Positions 43,119 through 53,272 of a stretch of DNA of 64,000 nt are shown in pieces (position 1 is the first letter of the stretch; each line of letters begins with the position of its first letter). A model generated the notes under the pieces. The model did no database searches. It saw nothing but the letters and a program-made list of their open reading frames with translations, and had not been told where the DNA came from. Where the stretch lies: NCBI GenBank assembly GCA_002316275.1, contig DCDE01000009.1, forward strand, positions 15,349 through 79,348. Direction: 5' to 3'. Both the position numbers and the translations under genes were made by a program. The DNA is from a candidate division WOR-3 bacterium UBA1063 (GTDB lineage: Bacteria; Hydrothermota; Hydrothermia; UBA1063).

Positions 43119-44284
43119 GAATTGCTTTAGATAGTATATCACAATATTCGATTATAAGAAGCCTTCTTTATGTTGAGAATGAAAACCTATATATTGTCGG
43201 CGGATGCGTTAGGGATCTACTATTGAATGTACCACTTACAGATTTGGATGTCGTCCTTGAAAGGAAGAGTCTTTCGATAATAAATAATTTAGAACAAATA
43301 TTTGGTGTTACGAAGAAAACCTTGAGCCAATTTCTTACCTTTAAACTAAAGTCACCTAAGATTGTAATTGATGTTGCACAGGCGAGAAGTGAAAGATATG
43401 AGCATCCTGGCGCATTACCGGAGGTAACGCCATGTTATGATATAGTCAAAGACCTTAAAAGGCGAGATTTCACGATAAACTCTATGGCAATACAATTATA
43501 CCCAAGAACATTTTATCTGATGGACCCTCTGGGCGGATTTGAGGATTTAAAGAAGAGAATTTTGAGAGTAAATAAGCAAGGGAGCTTCATGGATGACCCA
43601 ACAAGGGCGTTCCGGGCTATAAAGTATACGTATAGATTTAATCTTTACCTTGATGCATCAACTGAAAGAGAGTTTGAGAATGCAAAGAAGTCCTTACCCA
43701 TGGTTTCTTTTCCACGGATTAAGAGGGAAGTTGAATTGTATGCAGCCGAGGAACGACGACTACTGATGTTTGCTGAGCTTGGTAAGAGGAACATCCTTTT
43801 TCATTGGAACAATATGTTTGATACTTTTGATTATGATCTACTTGTTGAAATGGATCGGATTTTACCCAGGAAGCAATCGGTTTGGTGTTTATTCCTGATA
43901 CCCTTTGGCTTAGAGCATTATTTTATTCATAATAAAGACAAATTTACAGTTTCCGAAAGGAGAACTCTTGAAAAAATATTTGGGCACGGAACTCCAGAAA
44001 TAACTGTTGGGGCTTTACACAAGATTTTCAAGGATGAGGCGCCAGAAGGCGTAAGGGCGTGGGGATTGCTGAATGGTGTGGATGAACGCATTATTGATAA
44101 GTACATTACGGAGAGAGGAAAATTGAACCCTTCTATTTCTATTCAATACATTATAGAGAGGGTCAAAGACCCTAAATTATCGAGGGAGTTTTACGAGAAG
44201 ATAGAGGAAGCGCTTCTTGAAGGGATTATAAGACCAGGGGAAGAAAAGGAATTTCTTGAAAAGCTACTTACTAGACTTTGTTAA
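43115..44284 (+). CDS. tRNA nucleotidyltransferase / poly(A) polymerase family protein (short CCA- or CC/A-adding-type enzyme)
   Basis: The head domain GGCVRDLLL...DLDV has catalytic carboxylates, and the [10 protein letters not shown] motif is present. At 389 aa it is a short form. Confidence 0.7.
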   Translation: MRIALDSISQYSIIRSLLYVENENLYIVGGCVRDLLLNVPLTDLDVVLERKSLSIINNLEQIFGVTKKTLSQFLTFKLKSPKIVIDVAQARSERYEHPGALPEVTPCYDIVKDLKRRDFTINSMAIQLYPRTFYLMDPLGGFEDLKKRILRVNKQGSFMDDPTRAFRAIKYTYRFNLYLDASTEREFENAKKSLPMVSFPRIKREVELYAAEERRLLMFAELGKRNILFHWNNMFDTFDYDLLVEMDRILPRKQSVWCLFLIPFGLEHYFIHNKDKFTVSERRTLEKIFGHGTPEITVGALHKIFKDEAPEGVRAWGLLNGVDERIIDKYITERGKLNPSISIQYIIERVKDPKLSREFYEKIEEALLEGIIRPGEEKEFLEKLLTRLC

Positions 44285-44995
44285 TAGTTTTTCGATTTTT
44301 TTAATATCTTCGGGGACATCAACGGGAATGGATTTGAAATCCACCTCAACAAGTTTAATCTTCATCCCATTTTCAAGAGCTCTCAGTTGCTCGAGTTTTT
44401 CAGTTTTTTCAAGCTCTGACTGGGGCAATGAGACGAACCTCTCAAGGCTTTCTCTTTTGAAACCGTAAATCCCTGTATGGATTTTGTAACGTATAGTGGA
44501 ATTAGCGTCCCTTTCGAAGGGTATGGGACTTCTTGAAAAGTAAAGAGCGTAATCTCTTTTATCAGAGACAATTTTTATTCTGTTAGGGTCATTAATTTCT
44601 CGTTTGTCACGAGTCTTGTAGTACGGGGTTACGATGTCAGCATCGGTGTCAAATAGCACCTCAAAGATCGTATCAAGTACGGTACCTCGAATTAGAGGTT
44701 CATCACCTTGGAGATTAACGATGTACTTTGCGCTTAGATCTCTAACTGCCGCATAGACTCGATCTGTCCCCGATGGTAGTTCAGAAGGGGTTAGTATTGC
44801 TTCGCCCCCGAATCCTTTAACTACTTCTAAGACTTCGCTGGAATCCGTCGCTACGAGGACCTTCTCGACTATTTTTGATTCTCTTGCTCCATCGTACACA
44901 TAATGAATCATGGGTTTTCCAAGGATAGGCGCCAGCACCTTTCCGGGGAATCTCGTAGACCCGATTCTTGCAGGTATTACAATTATTGTACGCAT
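44264..44995 (-). CDS. kdsB: 3-deoxy-manno-octulosonate cytidylyltransferase (CMP-Kdo synthetase)
   Basis: MRTIIVIPARIGSTRFPGKVLAPILGKPMI... is present. It converges on, and overlaps by 21 bp, the upstream plus-strand gene. Confidence 0.9.
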   Translation of the reverse strand: MRTIIVIPARIGSTRFPGKVLAPILGKPMIHYVYDGARESKIVEKVLVATDSSEVLEVVKGFGGEAILTPSELPSGTDRVYAAVRDLSAKYIVNLQGDEPLIRGTVLDTIFEVLFDTDADIVTPYYKTRDKREINDPNRIKIVSDKRDYALYFSRSPIPFERDANSTIRYKIHTGIYGFKRESLERFVSLPQSELEKTEKLEQLRALENGMKIKLVEVDFKSIPVDVPEDIKKIEKLLTKSSK

Positions 44996-44998
44996 ACT

Positions 44999-45034
44999 TT
45001 TTAGGGCGTCCCCCGAACGGGGGACGCCCTAAAA
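44999..45034. repeat. Perfect 36-bp inverted repeat (17-bp GC-rich arms TTTTAGGGCGTCCCCCG / CGGGGGACGCCCTAAAA, 2-nt centre)
   Basis: Read directly from the sequence. It lies 4 nt downstream of the esterase stop (45039-41) and 3 nt upstream of the kdsB ATG (44995) on the minus strand. On both strands it is flanked by T-run 5' and A-run 3', which is the wrong polarity for a canonical intrinsic terminator. Confidence 0.8.
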
Positions 45035-45038
45035 CTTC

Positions 45039-46205
45039 TTACCTCCCGAGTAAATACTTCAAAGATTCTGAAACTCTTAACTGTAGATGGGTAACGTGTC
45101 CTGGCGGAAAATCTTCTGCTGGATATCCTGGTGCGTCGGTAAAGACCTTAAAGTAGTGAGTGTAGTTTAATGTGTTCAAGAGATTACTGCACATAACTGC
45201 GTGGGGGGTCAGAAACAAATCATCTTCATATCCACAGTCAATATAAATTTTTAAGTTTTTGCTTTGCACCGATGCAAAGTTTGATTGAATTAGGTTGAAT
45301 ACATCATCATTATGGAGCCAGTCGTGAAAAATACTGTTTGTGTCTCCTGATGGAGTTAACGGAAGCCTTACGCCAGCCCAGATGGTCCCTCCCGTACCTG
45401 GCACTGTATCCAGTGGTATTTCGTAATTTAGAGTATCAAAGGTATTTAACGGACCTATTTTAGGGCTGAATGCACCTGCCATAGCGAATAGCATAGTAGA
45501 GAGCGGCCTTGAAGCACCAAGGTAAAGAGCCGCCGTTGAGGGGATATGGTAGCCAAAGTCTGCCCATTCTGTCAGAACCGCCTGGATCATATTAACTCCA
45601 ATTCCCGGTATTTCTGTGAGAAACTGCTCGAAGGCGATGGGACCAGAATGAGATGCACAACCCTTAAATATATCAGGATATTTAACTCCCAGTTTCATTG
45701 CCCCATAACCGCCCATAGAGATGCCGATGATGTAAATTTCCGATGTATCTACGGGGTAGTTACCCTTGAGAAAGTTCAGAACATCATGAACCAAGTAATC
45801 TTCATATCTACCAAAAACTGAGTGAGCAAAGGGAGGGTATTCGCTATTGGTGTAAAAGCTTCCACCGAGAACATTGTCCCCGTTTGGCATCAGGGCAATG
45901 CATTTATTTATTTTTCCTGCTGAAATCATATAATCGAGGATGCCCTTTATATCCTCTACACTCTGCCAGAATAAGTGGTTACTACCAAAACCATGAAGGA
46001 AGATCACTACTGGATATTTGTACGAAGGATCATAATCTGGTGGGAGGTATAGCATTGCGGGTTTTGTTCCAATATTTGGGTCGGTGGCAGAAATGCTCAC
46101 GAGTTCTACATACCCTGAGTCAATGTCAGGTCCTATAATTTCATCAACTTTCTGGCACGAGAAAGCCAGAACCAATAAAGGTATAGACCACAAAATTTTT
46201 TTCAT
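45039..46205 (-). CDS. Lipoprotein alpha/beta-hydrolase (putative esterase, PF00756-like)
   Basis: A signal with lipobox (LVLAFSC) is present. YPVVIFLHGFGSN and the nucleophile elbow GISMGG are present. Confidence 0.7.
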   Translation of the reverse strand: MKKILWSIPLLVLAFSCQKVDEIIGPDIDSGYVELVSISATDPNIGTKPAMLYLPPDYDPSYKYPVVIFLHGFGSNHLFWQSVEDIKGILDYMISAGKINKCIALMPNGDNVLGGSFYTNSEYPPFAHSVFGRYEDYLVHDVLNFLKGNYPVDTSEIYIIGISMGGYGAMKLGVKYPDIFKGCASHSGPIAFEQFLTEIPGIGVNMIQAVLTEWADFGYHIPSTAALYLGASRPLSTMLFAMAGAFSPKIGPLNTFDTLNYEIPLDTVPGTGGTIWAGVRLPLTPSGDTNSIFHDWLHNDDVFNLIQSNFASVQSKNLKIYIDCGYEDDLFLTPHAVMCSNLLNTLNYTHYFKVFTDAPGYPAEDFPPGHVTHLQLRVSESLKYLLGR

Positions 46206-46215
46206 TTTGTCCTCC

Positions 46216-47652
46216 TTAGAATTTGAAGTTTACGTTAAGCCCGAGGGCATTTATGAACATTGAGTATTTGCCTGGAAGATAGTCGGATTTATAGCTGTAA
46301 CTTTCACCCCTCTCGACTTCATGGGACACGGGCAGCAGATATTCGTAATTTAAGTTGAGCTCAACATTTTTCATTATATACCCGATTCCGAGGTTTATGC
46401 TGTATTTTTCTCCAGGGTCTGGTATAAGGACAGTTGTTGTGGTGGCAGGTACAGGTGACTGGTCCCAGTAAGCCCCCGCTCTTAAAAATAGGTTCGGGAA
46501 GAGCGCATACTCAGCTCCGATGCTTACTCTATAAGTATTGTTCCACAGGAAATTTAATGTGTCGGTCTTTAGAGTATCCAAGGGTATCATCCCACCGATC
46601 TTAAGAACAAGGTTTTGAAAATCTACTCCGAGCCTGTCCATAGTAAACCATCGTGTCCAGTCTACGTCAAGGGCTAAGAGTAAGGTCTCTGTCAGTTTGT
46701 AAGAGAGTCCAGCCCCGAAGTTCATGGGGAGGTTTAGTGTAGTCTTCAAACCCCCTGAACCGCTGGCTGTGGAGCCGTTAAAAATAAACTGAGCCTCGGG
46801 CGGCACCTGAGAAAGCAAGTAGTCATTATAGGGAAAGTAAAGCACTAAGTCAGCGGTGCCCTCAATATTTATTTTGGAATACAACCTCGCTGATGCTCCC
46901 ATTTTGAGTTTGTCAGAAAGGTTCCAGAGGACGCCAATGTTTCCACCAAGTCCCCATCCAGTACCTTCAATTTTCGTGTCAATGGGGAAAAGCCTGTACT
47001 GGATGGGTAGGGAAGTGAGAGATGGATCGATGGTCGCCGGGTCTAAGAAGTTTACTTTCCGAAGCATTATGTTAGTAAGAGTAACACCTCCTGAAATGCC
47101 AACCATAAGGGGCCCAAATGCTTTTCCGTAGGATAGGTACATATTGTAGATTGAAAGATTGCTCTGCCAGTCGTGTTTTTCGTACTCTGGTATATGAAAT
47201 GACGTATCTGTGGTGTTGTAGTATCCAATGGGGAAGTCGTATAGATCCCATTTAGAGCCTAGCCCGAAGGGGACAGTGAAGGAAATGGCGACCCTGCTCT
47301 CAGCGATCTCAAAGGGTGTTACATATACAAAAGCCGGGATATAAAAGTTCTGGGGCACGGAATTTACCTTTTCTCGTAGAGAATAGGGTCCATCGTATCC
47401 GAGGATACCTGTATTGGGTTCAAACGAGCTACGAGGCCCTACGGCAATTCCATTAAGGGCGATCTGAGTCTCGGTTAGATACGATACACCTGCAGGGTTC
47501 CAGTATACGGCTGACCAGTCGTTGGCAATTGCTCTAAAGGCTCCGCCCATCGATAAAGCTCTTGCTCCAACTCCAGAAAGTGCGAACCCTCCTGCGTTGA
47601 GGGATGTTACCAGTATCACTACCGGTAATACATTTTTAATGGATCTCTGCAT
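46216..47652 (-). CDS. FadL/TodX/OMPP1-family outer-membrane hydrophobic-compound channel
   Basis: A signal peptide is followed by the N-terminal hatch motif GARALSMGGAFRAIANDWSAVYWNPAGVSYL, a roughly 450-aa barrel and a C-terminus ...GLNVNFKF with terminal Phe. It lies 10 bp upstream of the esterase gene on the same strand. Confidence 0.6.
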   Translation of the reverse strand: MQRSIKNVLPVVILVTSLNAGGFALSGVGARALSMGGAFRAIANDWSAVYWNPAGVSYLTETQIALNGIAVGPRSSFEPNTGILGYDGPYSLREKVNSVPQNFYIPAFVYVTPFEIAESRVAISFTVPFGLGSKWDLYDFPIGYYNTTDTSFHIPEYEKHDWQSNLSIYNMYLSYGKAFGPLMVGISGGVTLTNIMLRKVNFLDPATIDPSLTSLPIQYRLFPIDTKIEGTGWGLGGNIGVLWNLSDKLKMGASARLYSKINIEGTADLVLYFPYNDYLLSQVPPEAQFIFNGSTASGSGGLKTTLNLPMNFGAGLSYKLTETLLLALDVDWTRWFTMDRLGVDFQNLVLKIGGMIPLDTLKTDTLNFLWNNTYRVSIGAEYALFPNLFLRAGAYWDQSPVPATTTTVLIPDPGEKYSINLGIGYIMKNVELNLNYEYLLPVSHEVERGESYSYKSDYLPGKYSMFINALGLNVNFKF

Positions 47653-47945
47653 ATATACCTCCGTTAATAGATGGATAACTTACTCTATTCATAGACTTCG
47701 TCTGAGTATACCTACTTTGTTTTTATTTCTCTCTACCATTTTATACTGCAACCTTCTAAAGTTATAACTGCAAAATTGTTGAGCATTATTCAAGCAGAGT
47801 CAAAAATTCTCCGGGTTTTCCTATTTTGTGGCAAGGGACATGATTATAAAAAAAAATTTATTCAATAGTACTCAATTAAGATATAAAATTACTTTTTGCT
47901 TACAGTTTTTGCATTACCGGTATTGTTGTTTTTACTAAAGGCTTA

Positions 47946-48704
47946 CTATTGAGCTATCCAACCCCCATCTACCACAAGGGTGTGGCCAATCATGTATTCG
48001 CTGTCATCACTAGCAAGGAAGGCTACTGCATTAGCTATATCTTGAGGAGTTCCCACTCTCCCATATGGTATCTTGTTAAGAAGTGCTTTTGAGACCTCAT
48101 TATTAGCTAACAGATTGCCGGTCATAGGGGTTTCAATGACGCCGGGGGCTACTGCATTAACATTGATCTTGAATCTTGCAAGTTCGGTAGCTAATTCCCT
48201 TGTAAGATTTACGATGGCGCCCTTAGTTGCACAGTAGATGCTGGATATATCGAAACTTACAAATCCTGCGATACTGGCGATATTGATTATCTTACCATAG
48301 TTTTGTTTCTTCATGATGGGAATCACATATTTTGAGCAGAGAATTAAGCCTCTCAAGTTTATATTGAGGATTCTGTCAATTACGCTCGTTTCCATCTTGT
48401 CTAATTCTCCTTGGGCGAAGATGCCGGCATTATTAACGAGTATGTCGATTCTGCCGTAGGTTTCTGAAACTCTATCGATGACATTTTTGATATTTTTTTC
48501 GTCAGTTACATCCAATTTTAGTGCAAGGCCTCTACCACCTGCTGTAGCGATTTTGTCTACCACTTTTTGACAATCATTTTCATCTATGTCTGTTACTACC
48601 ACCCTTGCCCCATTAGCAGCAAGCTTTAGAGCAATACCTTCACCTATACCCCTACGTGCCCCTGTTACAATGGCAACTTTATCTTTTAAATCGTATCTAT
48701 TCAT
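47946..48704 (-). CDS. SDR-family oxidoreductase (FabG-like 3-oxoacyl reductase)
   Basis: RBS AGGAGG lies 5 nt before ATG at 48704 (MNRYDLKDKVAIVTGARRGIGEGIA). The catalytic YxxxK motif YCATK is present. The longer track start at 48740 is unlikely. Confidence 0.8.
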   Translation of the reverse strand: MNRYDLKDKVAIVTGARRGIGEGIALKLAANGARVVVTDIDENDCQKVVDKIATAGGRGLALKLDVTDEKNIKNVIDRVSETYGRIDILVNNAGIFAQGELDKMETSVIDRILNINLRGLILCSKYVIPIMKKQNYGKIINIASIAGFVSFDISSIYCATKGAIVNLTRELATELARFKINVNAVAPGVIETPMTGNLLANNEVSKALLNKIPYGRVGTPQDIANAVAFLASDDSEYMIGHTLVVDGGWIAQ

Positions 48705-48917
48705 TTGACCTCCTTTCCTACCTTTATCGGTCATAAACAATTGCTTACTACCTACTCCACAATTCTAAGACTTGATATTGTATTTGTTATAAAATAACAC
48801 TAATAGCAGGTGTTGTCAATAGTTAAATTTAATATTTGTTTTTCTATTATTTTCTGAAAATCCGATAATGATTAAAGCTGACACCTTCTGTGTAGGACAA
48901 TAAGCTTGAATTCAGTC

Positions 48918-50696
48918 TTAGCTATTATTGCGTTGAATATATTCCCTCAAACCTCGATATATCTTTAGTGCCATCTTTTCGCCTATACCCTGCACACTTT
49001 TGATTTCTTCGAGGGATGCTTCTCTAATCTTTTTCATGGAGCCAAAGTGTTGTATAAGTTTTGATGTTGTTTTTGGTCCTACTCCATCAATTTTTAGAGA
49101 TGTTTCGTGAATCTTCTTACTTCTCAATTTCCTGTGGTAGGTAATAGCGAAACGATGGGCTTCGTCTCTCAAGACTTTCATAAGGCTAAATAGGTGGCTT
49201 CTTTTGGGTATCATTACACGCCTTCCATCTTCGAGATAGATGTCATCAAACCGTTTTGCAAAGGCAATAAGGGGTATATCCTTCCCCAGTTCTTTCTTTG
49301 CTTTCTTTGCAAGGCTGAGTTGTGGTAGTCCACCGTCGATTATGATCACATCGGGCAGGGGTTCGTCGTCGAGCCGCCTCTTTACGATCTCGTATATCAT
49401 ATGTGGGTCATCTTCGCGGTAAGTTTGGATTTTGTATCTCCTATAGTTAGACTTCGAGAGGCTTTTCTTTAAAAAGCAAACAAAAGATCCTACCTTTTCT
49501 GAGCCGAATAATTGGGAAATGTCACAAGCTTCGACTCTCTCTGGAACTTGTGGCAAGTTCAACAGTTCCGAAAGCTCAATAAGACCTGGATGAATGTCTC
49601 TTACGCCTTTCTTTTTACTTACTTCTTCTTCGAGTTCATTCCGAGCATTTTCGTAAGCCATTTCGATTAATCTACGATCTTCTGTGGATTCTGTAACTCT
49701 GATGTCGAGCTTCAGTGCTGAAGAGACCACTTTTAAATCTTTAATTTTTTTGTCGATCACCACAAGTTGTGGAGGGACGGCTGAAGTTGAATAGTATTGT
49801 ACGAGAAATCCTGAAAGTATTTCCTCATCTTTATCATTTTCAGAAGTTTCAAGGAAGTAAGACTCTCGATCGACAACAGTACCCTCTCTGACTTTAATTA
49901 TATATGCAATGGCATTGCGGTAGATTCTATATACCACGCAGATGTCTTTGTTCTCTCCGCCAAGTCTTTGGACTGCTTGCTCCTTTGAAAGCTTACGGAT
50001 TGCGAGGAGCTCATCTCGAAAGATTTTTGCCTTCTCATATTCGAGATTACGAGAAGCCTGTTTCATTTTTTCCTCAAGCTCGGCTTCAATCTCGTCAGTG
50101 TCTCCCTTAAGAAACTTTGTCACATTTTGGATAATCTGCCCATAGATTTCTGCGTCAACTTTCCCGGGTATACACGGAGCAAGACATTTACCTATGTGGT
50201 AATCGATACAGGGTGTAATCTTTCTACTTGTGGGGAGCTTATATTTGCACACCCTTATTGGGAAAATCTTTCTCAGTGCCCTTATGGTTTTCCTAACGGC
50301 CTGTGCATTGACATATGGACCAAAAATGGTAATACCTGACTCTTTTAAGTTTCGTGTCAGTGCTATTGCTGGGTACGGTCCACCGGTGATTTTTATGTAA
50401 GGGTATTTTTTATCGTCTTTTAATCTTATGTTGTATTTTGGCTTATGTATCTTAATTAGATTTGCTTCGAGGAGTAGTGCTTCTTCTTCACTGCCCGTTA
50501 CTATGTACTCAAGATCGTCGGACCTTTTAACAATGGCCCTGATACGCGGGTCGGCCTTAATAGAAAGGTAGTATTTAAGGCGGTTTTTTAAATCTCTTGC
50601 CTTTCCAACATACAGAATCTCCTTGCCCCTGCGAAATATGTAAACCCCTGGAGAGTGTGGCGCAGCATTAATCTTCCCCGTTTTTGGCTCATACAT
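48918..50696 (-). CDS. uvrC: Excinuclease ABC subunit C
   Basis: The N-terminal GIY-YIG motif GVYIFRRGKEILYVGKARDLKNRLKYY is present. A UvrBC-interaction region, the Endo V-like nuclease and a C-terminal (HhH)2 GVGPKTTSKLIQHFGS follow. Confidence 0.9.
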   Translation of the reverse strand: MYEPKTGKINAAPHSPGVYIFRRGKEILYVGKARDLKNRLKYYLSIKADPRIRAIVKRSDDLEYIVTGSEEEALLLEANLIKIHKPKYNIRLKDDKKYPYIKITGGPYPAIALTRNLKESGITIFGPYVNAQAVRKTIRALRKIFPIRVCKYKLPTSRKITPCIDYHIGKCLAPCIPGKVDAEIYGQIIQNVTKFLKGDTDEIEAELEEKMKQASRNLEYEKAKIFRDELLAIRKLSKEQAVQRLGGENKDICVVYRIYRNAIAYIIKVREGTVVDRESYFLETSENDKDEEILSGFLVQYYSTSAVPPQLVVIDKKIKDLKVVSSALKLDIRVTESTEDRRLIEMAYENARNELEEEVSKKKGVRDIHPGLIELSELLNLPQVPERVEACDISQLFGSEKVGSFVCFLKKSLSKSNYRRYKIQTYREDDPHMIYEIVKRRLDDEPLPDVIIIDGGLPQLSLAKKAKKELGKDIPLIAFAKRFDDIYLEDGRRVMIPKRSHLFSLMKVLRDEAHRFAITYHRKLRSKKIHETSLKIDGVGPKTTSKLIQHFGSMKKIREASLEEIKSVQGIGEKMALKIYRGLREYIQRNNS

Positions 50697-50935
50697 AAGT
50701 AAATTTTAAAACAATGTGTTGGTATTTTCTTGTAGTGCAGAGTTCAGCATAGTCGCTTGAAAAAACTAAAAGATCCGTGTAATTAAAAAGGGGGGGTGCT
50801 TAAAAGAAAATAATATGGGATTCCTCCATTTAGAAGCAGCGTAAGGAATTATATCAGGGTTGTTGTGGTAATTTAGAATAAAGGCTTCCTCCTTTAGCGT
50901 TTTATGGGTTAGAGATTTGGGTTTAAAATGGTAGT

Positions 50936-52861
50936 ATGAAGAAGTCTGTGTGTATGAGGGATTGTTTTGATACTTGTTTTTTCAAGACTGATTATAATGG
51001 TTCTCAACTTCTATTACGCCCAGACTGCAAAAACCCAATAACAGCATGCTTTCTCTGTTATAAGGGCAGACATATGGGGGAATGGGCTCTGTCGAGCGAT
51101 AGGCTCAGAACGCCACTTTTTAACGTGAAAAAAGGTTCAGAAGAACTTCAGCCCATCTCTTGGGATAGCGCCTTTCTTATCTTCAGAGATGCTCTTAGAG
51201 GCGTGCAGAGGGACTTTGGGACAGATAAAGTGCTGGTCTTTGAATTTGCAGGAACAAGGGGCATTATAAATCGATTCTTCCCATACAGGTTTTTCAATAA
51301 GGTGAATGCTTCTTTTGTTAAACATAACCTATGTGATGCTGGGGGAGATGAGGCGTTGAAAGATGTTTATGGTACTTCCGTTGGTCTGTCACCTGAAGAT
51401 GTAGAAGGTTCCAATCTCGTGGTTTATTGGGGGATGAACCCTGTTAAGACCAATTTGCATGGTTACAGTTTTTTCAAAAGAAGAGGATTCGAAATTGGTG
51501 TAGTAGACGTGAGAAAGAGTGAAACCGCGCGTAACGCCAATTATTTTCTGAAGATTAGTCCATCTTCAGATCTACATTTGGCTTTGCTGCTTTCTAAGAT
51601 TCTTGTGGAGAAGGGCTTATATGCTGAAGATTTTGTATTAAAAAATTCAATAGGCTTCGATGCTTTTAGAGATTATCTGAAAGGTCTTTCCTTTAGTACT
51701 CTCACGGATAGGTGCGGTGTAACTTATGAGGAGGCGGAAAACTTTGCTCGCGTTTTTTTCGAGAGGAAGGGTATAATACACATAGGATATGGGTTCCAGC
51801 GAAGTCAGGATGGCCCTATGGCAGTTGCTATGATCTCCTATCTTCCTTTTCTTGTGGGACATCTTCCCGGTTTTATCTATAATATGGATGTTGGACTTGA
51901 TAAGGAATATGTGAAGGGGTCTCACCTGAGGAGCTGCGAGAATAACTTCATTTATCAGTCGGATCTTGCTGAAGCCATTGAGAATGGTGACGTTAAGTTT
52001 CTTTTTATTTACAATGCTAACCCCCTTGTAACTAACCCCAATGTGAATCGGCTGAAGAGAGCAATATTGAATAATAATGTCTTTGTGGTCACTCATGATT
52101 TATTTCTTACCGATACGGCATTATATTCAGATATAGTTTTCCCCGCAAAATCCTTTTTTGAGTACTTCGATATTGTGGATTCGTACTATCACCAGTATGT
52201 TGGGATTAACGAAAAGGTTTTTGAAGGTTGGGGGATGAGTAATTATGAATTAGTCAGAAAACTTGCCAATTACTTTGGATACAGTGACCCCGAGCTACAG
52301 GAAGATGAGAGAAACATAGCTAAGGAAGTTTTAAAATCCGTAGATATAAACATTGATCAACTGAGTAAGAAGGGTTATTTAAAGGTAGAGAGGAAGTTTC
52401 AAATTGGGACTCCCTCTGGAAAGGTGGAATTTGTTTCCCGTAGAAGAAAAAAGAGAAATATTCCTGACTTTCCGGATATCAGTTTAGAAAGAATTGAGTT
52501 GAAACAGGAGAGGTTCCCTTTGAGGCTCCTTTCCCTTACGTGCGATAAGACCATAACGAGCCAATATAGTAATACACTCGGTGAAGTTGATGCGAGGGTA
52601 TTTATTAACCCTAAAGATGCCGAAACTCGTGGCCTTGTAGAGGGCGAGAGAGTTAATGTGTTTAACGATAAGGGAAGCATATTTACTACTGTCCACATCG
52701 ATGATTCACTGCCACAGGGCTCTGTAGTTATGTTTAAAGCTTTTTGGCCAAGTATTACGGGATTTACTGTAAATGAGCTTACTGACGATCATACTGTAAA
52801 GGAGTTCGGTTCTCAGGCGGCCTACCACGACACGTATGTCGAAGTAATGAAGGTCCCGTAG
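50936..52861 (+). CDS. Molybdopterin-dependent oxidoreductase (bis-MGD family catalytic subunit, specificity unknown)
   Basis: The N-terminal Cys cluster VCMRDCFDTC ... C resembles the Molybdop_Fe4S4 domain. The C-terminal molybdopterin dinucleotide-binding barrel reads VFINPKDAETRGLVEGERVNVFNDKGSIFTTVHIDDSLPQGSV. No partner Fe-S or cytochrome subunit gene is adjacent. Confidence 0.7.
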   Translation: MKKSVCMRDCFDTCFFKTDYNGSQLLLRPDCKNPITACFLCYKGRHMGEWALSSDRLRTPLFNVKKGSEELQPISWDSAFLIFRDALRGVQRDFGTDKVLVFEFAGTRGIINRFFPYRFFNKVNASFVKHNLCDAGGDEALKDVYGTSVGLSPEDVEGSNLVVYWGMNPVKTNLHGYSFFKRRGFEIGVVDVRKSETARNANYFLKISPSSDLHLALLLSKILVEKGLYAEDFVLKNSIGFDAFRDYLKGLSFSTLTDRCGVTYEEAENFARVFFERKGIIHIGYGFQRSQDGPMAVAMISYLPFLVGHLPGFIYNMDVGLDKEYVKGSHLRSCENNFIYQSDLAEAIENGDVKFLFIYNANPLVTNPNVNRLKRAILNNNVFVVTHDLFLTDTALYSDIVFPAKSFFEYFDIVDSYYHQYVGINEKVFEGWGMSNYELVRKLANYFGYSDPELQEDERNIAKEVLKSVDINIDQLSKKGYLKVERKFQIGTPSGKVEFVSRRRKKRNIPDFPDISLERIELKQERFPLRLLSLTCDKTITSQYSNTLGEVDARVFINPKDAETRGLVEGERVNVFNDKGSIFTTVHIDDSLPQGSVVMFKAFWPSITGFTVNELTDDHTVKEFGSQAAYHDTYVEVMKVP

Positions 52862-52907
52862 GTATTGATCTATTGATGGTTCGGAAAGCTCGCATTATTA
52901 TTTATCT

Positions 52908-53240
52908 ATGTATGTTATGATTCTAAAATCTAAAATTCACCGGATAAAAATTACGGATAAGAATTTAAATTATGAGGGAAGTCTCACTGTTGATGCGGAC
53001 CTTCTGGAGCGAGCAGGATTTTTTCCATACGAGAGGGTTGAGGTTTATAACATCAACAATGGAGAAAGGTTTTCCACTTACGTAATCCCAGGTAAGCGTG
53101 GCACTTTAGAGTGTGTTCTCAACGGTGCAACAGCGAGGAAGGGGGAGCTGGGCGACCTTTTAATCGTTGTCTCTTTTGCCGTTGTCACGCCTGAAGAAGC
53201 GAAGAGTTTTAAGCCACAAGTTGTACTATTAGACAATTAG
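52908..53240 (+). CDS. panD: Aspartate 1-decarboxylase
   Basis: MILKSKIHRIKITDKNLNYEGSLTVD contains the Gly-Ser self-cleavage site that generates the pyruvoyl group. The start is either 52908 or 52917. Confidence 0.85.
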   Translation: MYVMILKSKIHRIKITDKNLNYEGSLTVDADLLERAGFFPYERVEVYNINNGERFSTYVIPGKRGTLECVLNGATARKGELGDLLIVVSFAVVTPEEAKSFKPQVVLLDN

Positions 53241-53272
53241 CCTGTACCCCTAGCTATCTATATAATTTCTTT

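Noticed and set aside
44999-45034. Interpretation of the inverted repeat as a rho-independent terminator
   Set aside because: The hairpin is followed by an A-run and preceded by a T-run on both strands. This is the opposite of terminator polarity, so I kept it as an unexplained repeat rather than a terminator call.
50697-50935. Moco riboswitch upstream of the molybdopterin oxidoreductase
   Set aside because: I cannot verify the conserved Moco RNA motif by eye. I mention it only as something to test with Infernal, not as a feature.
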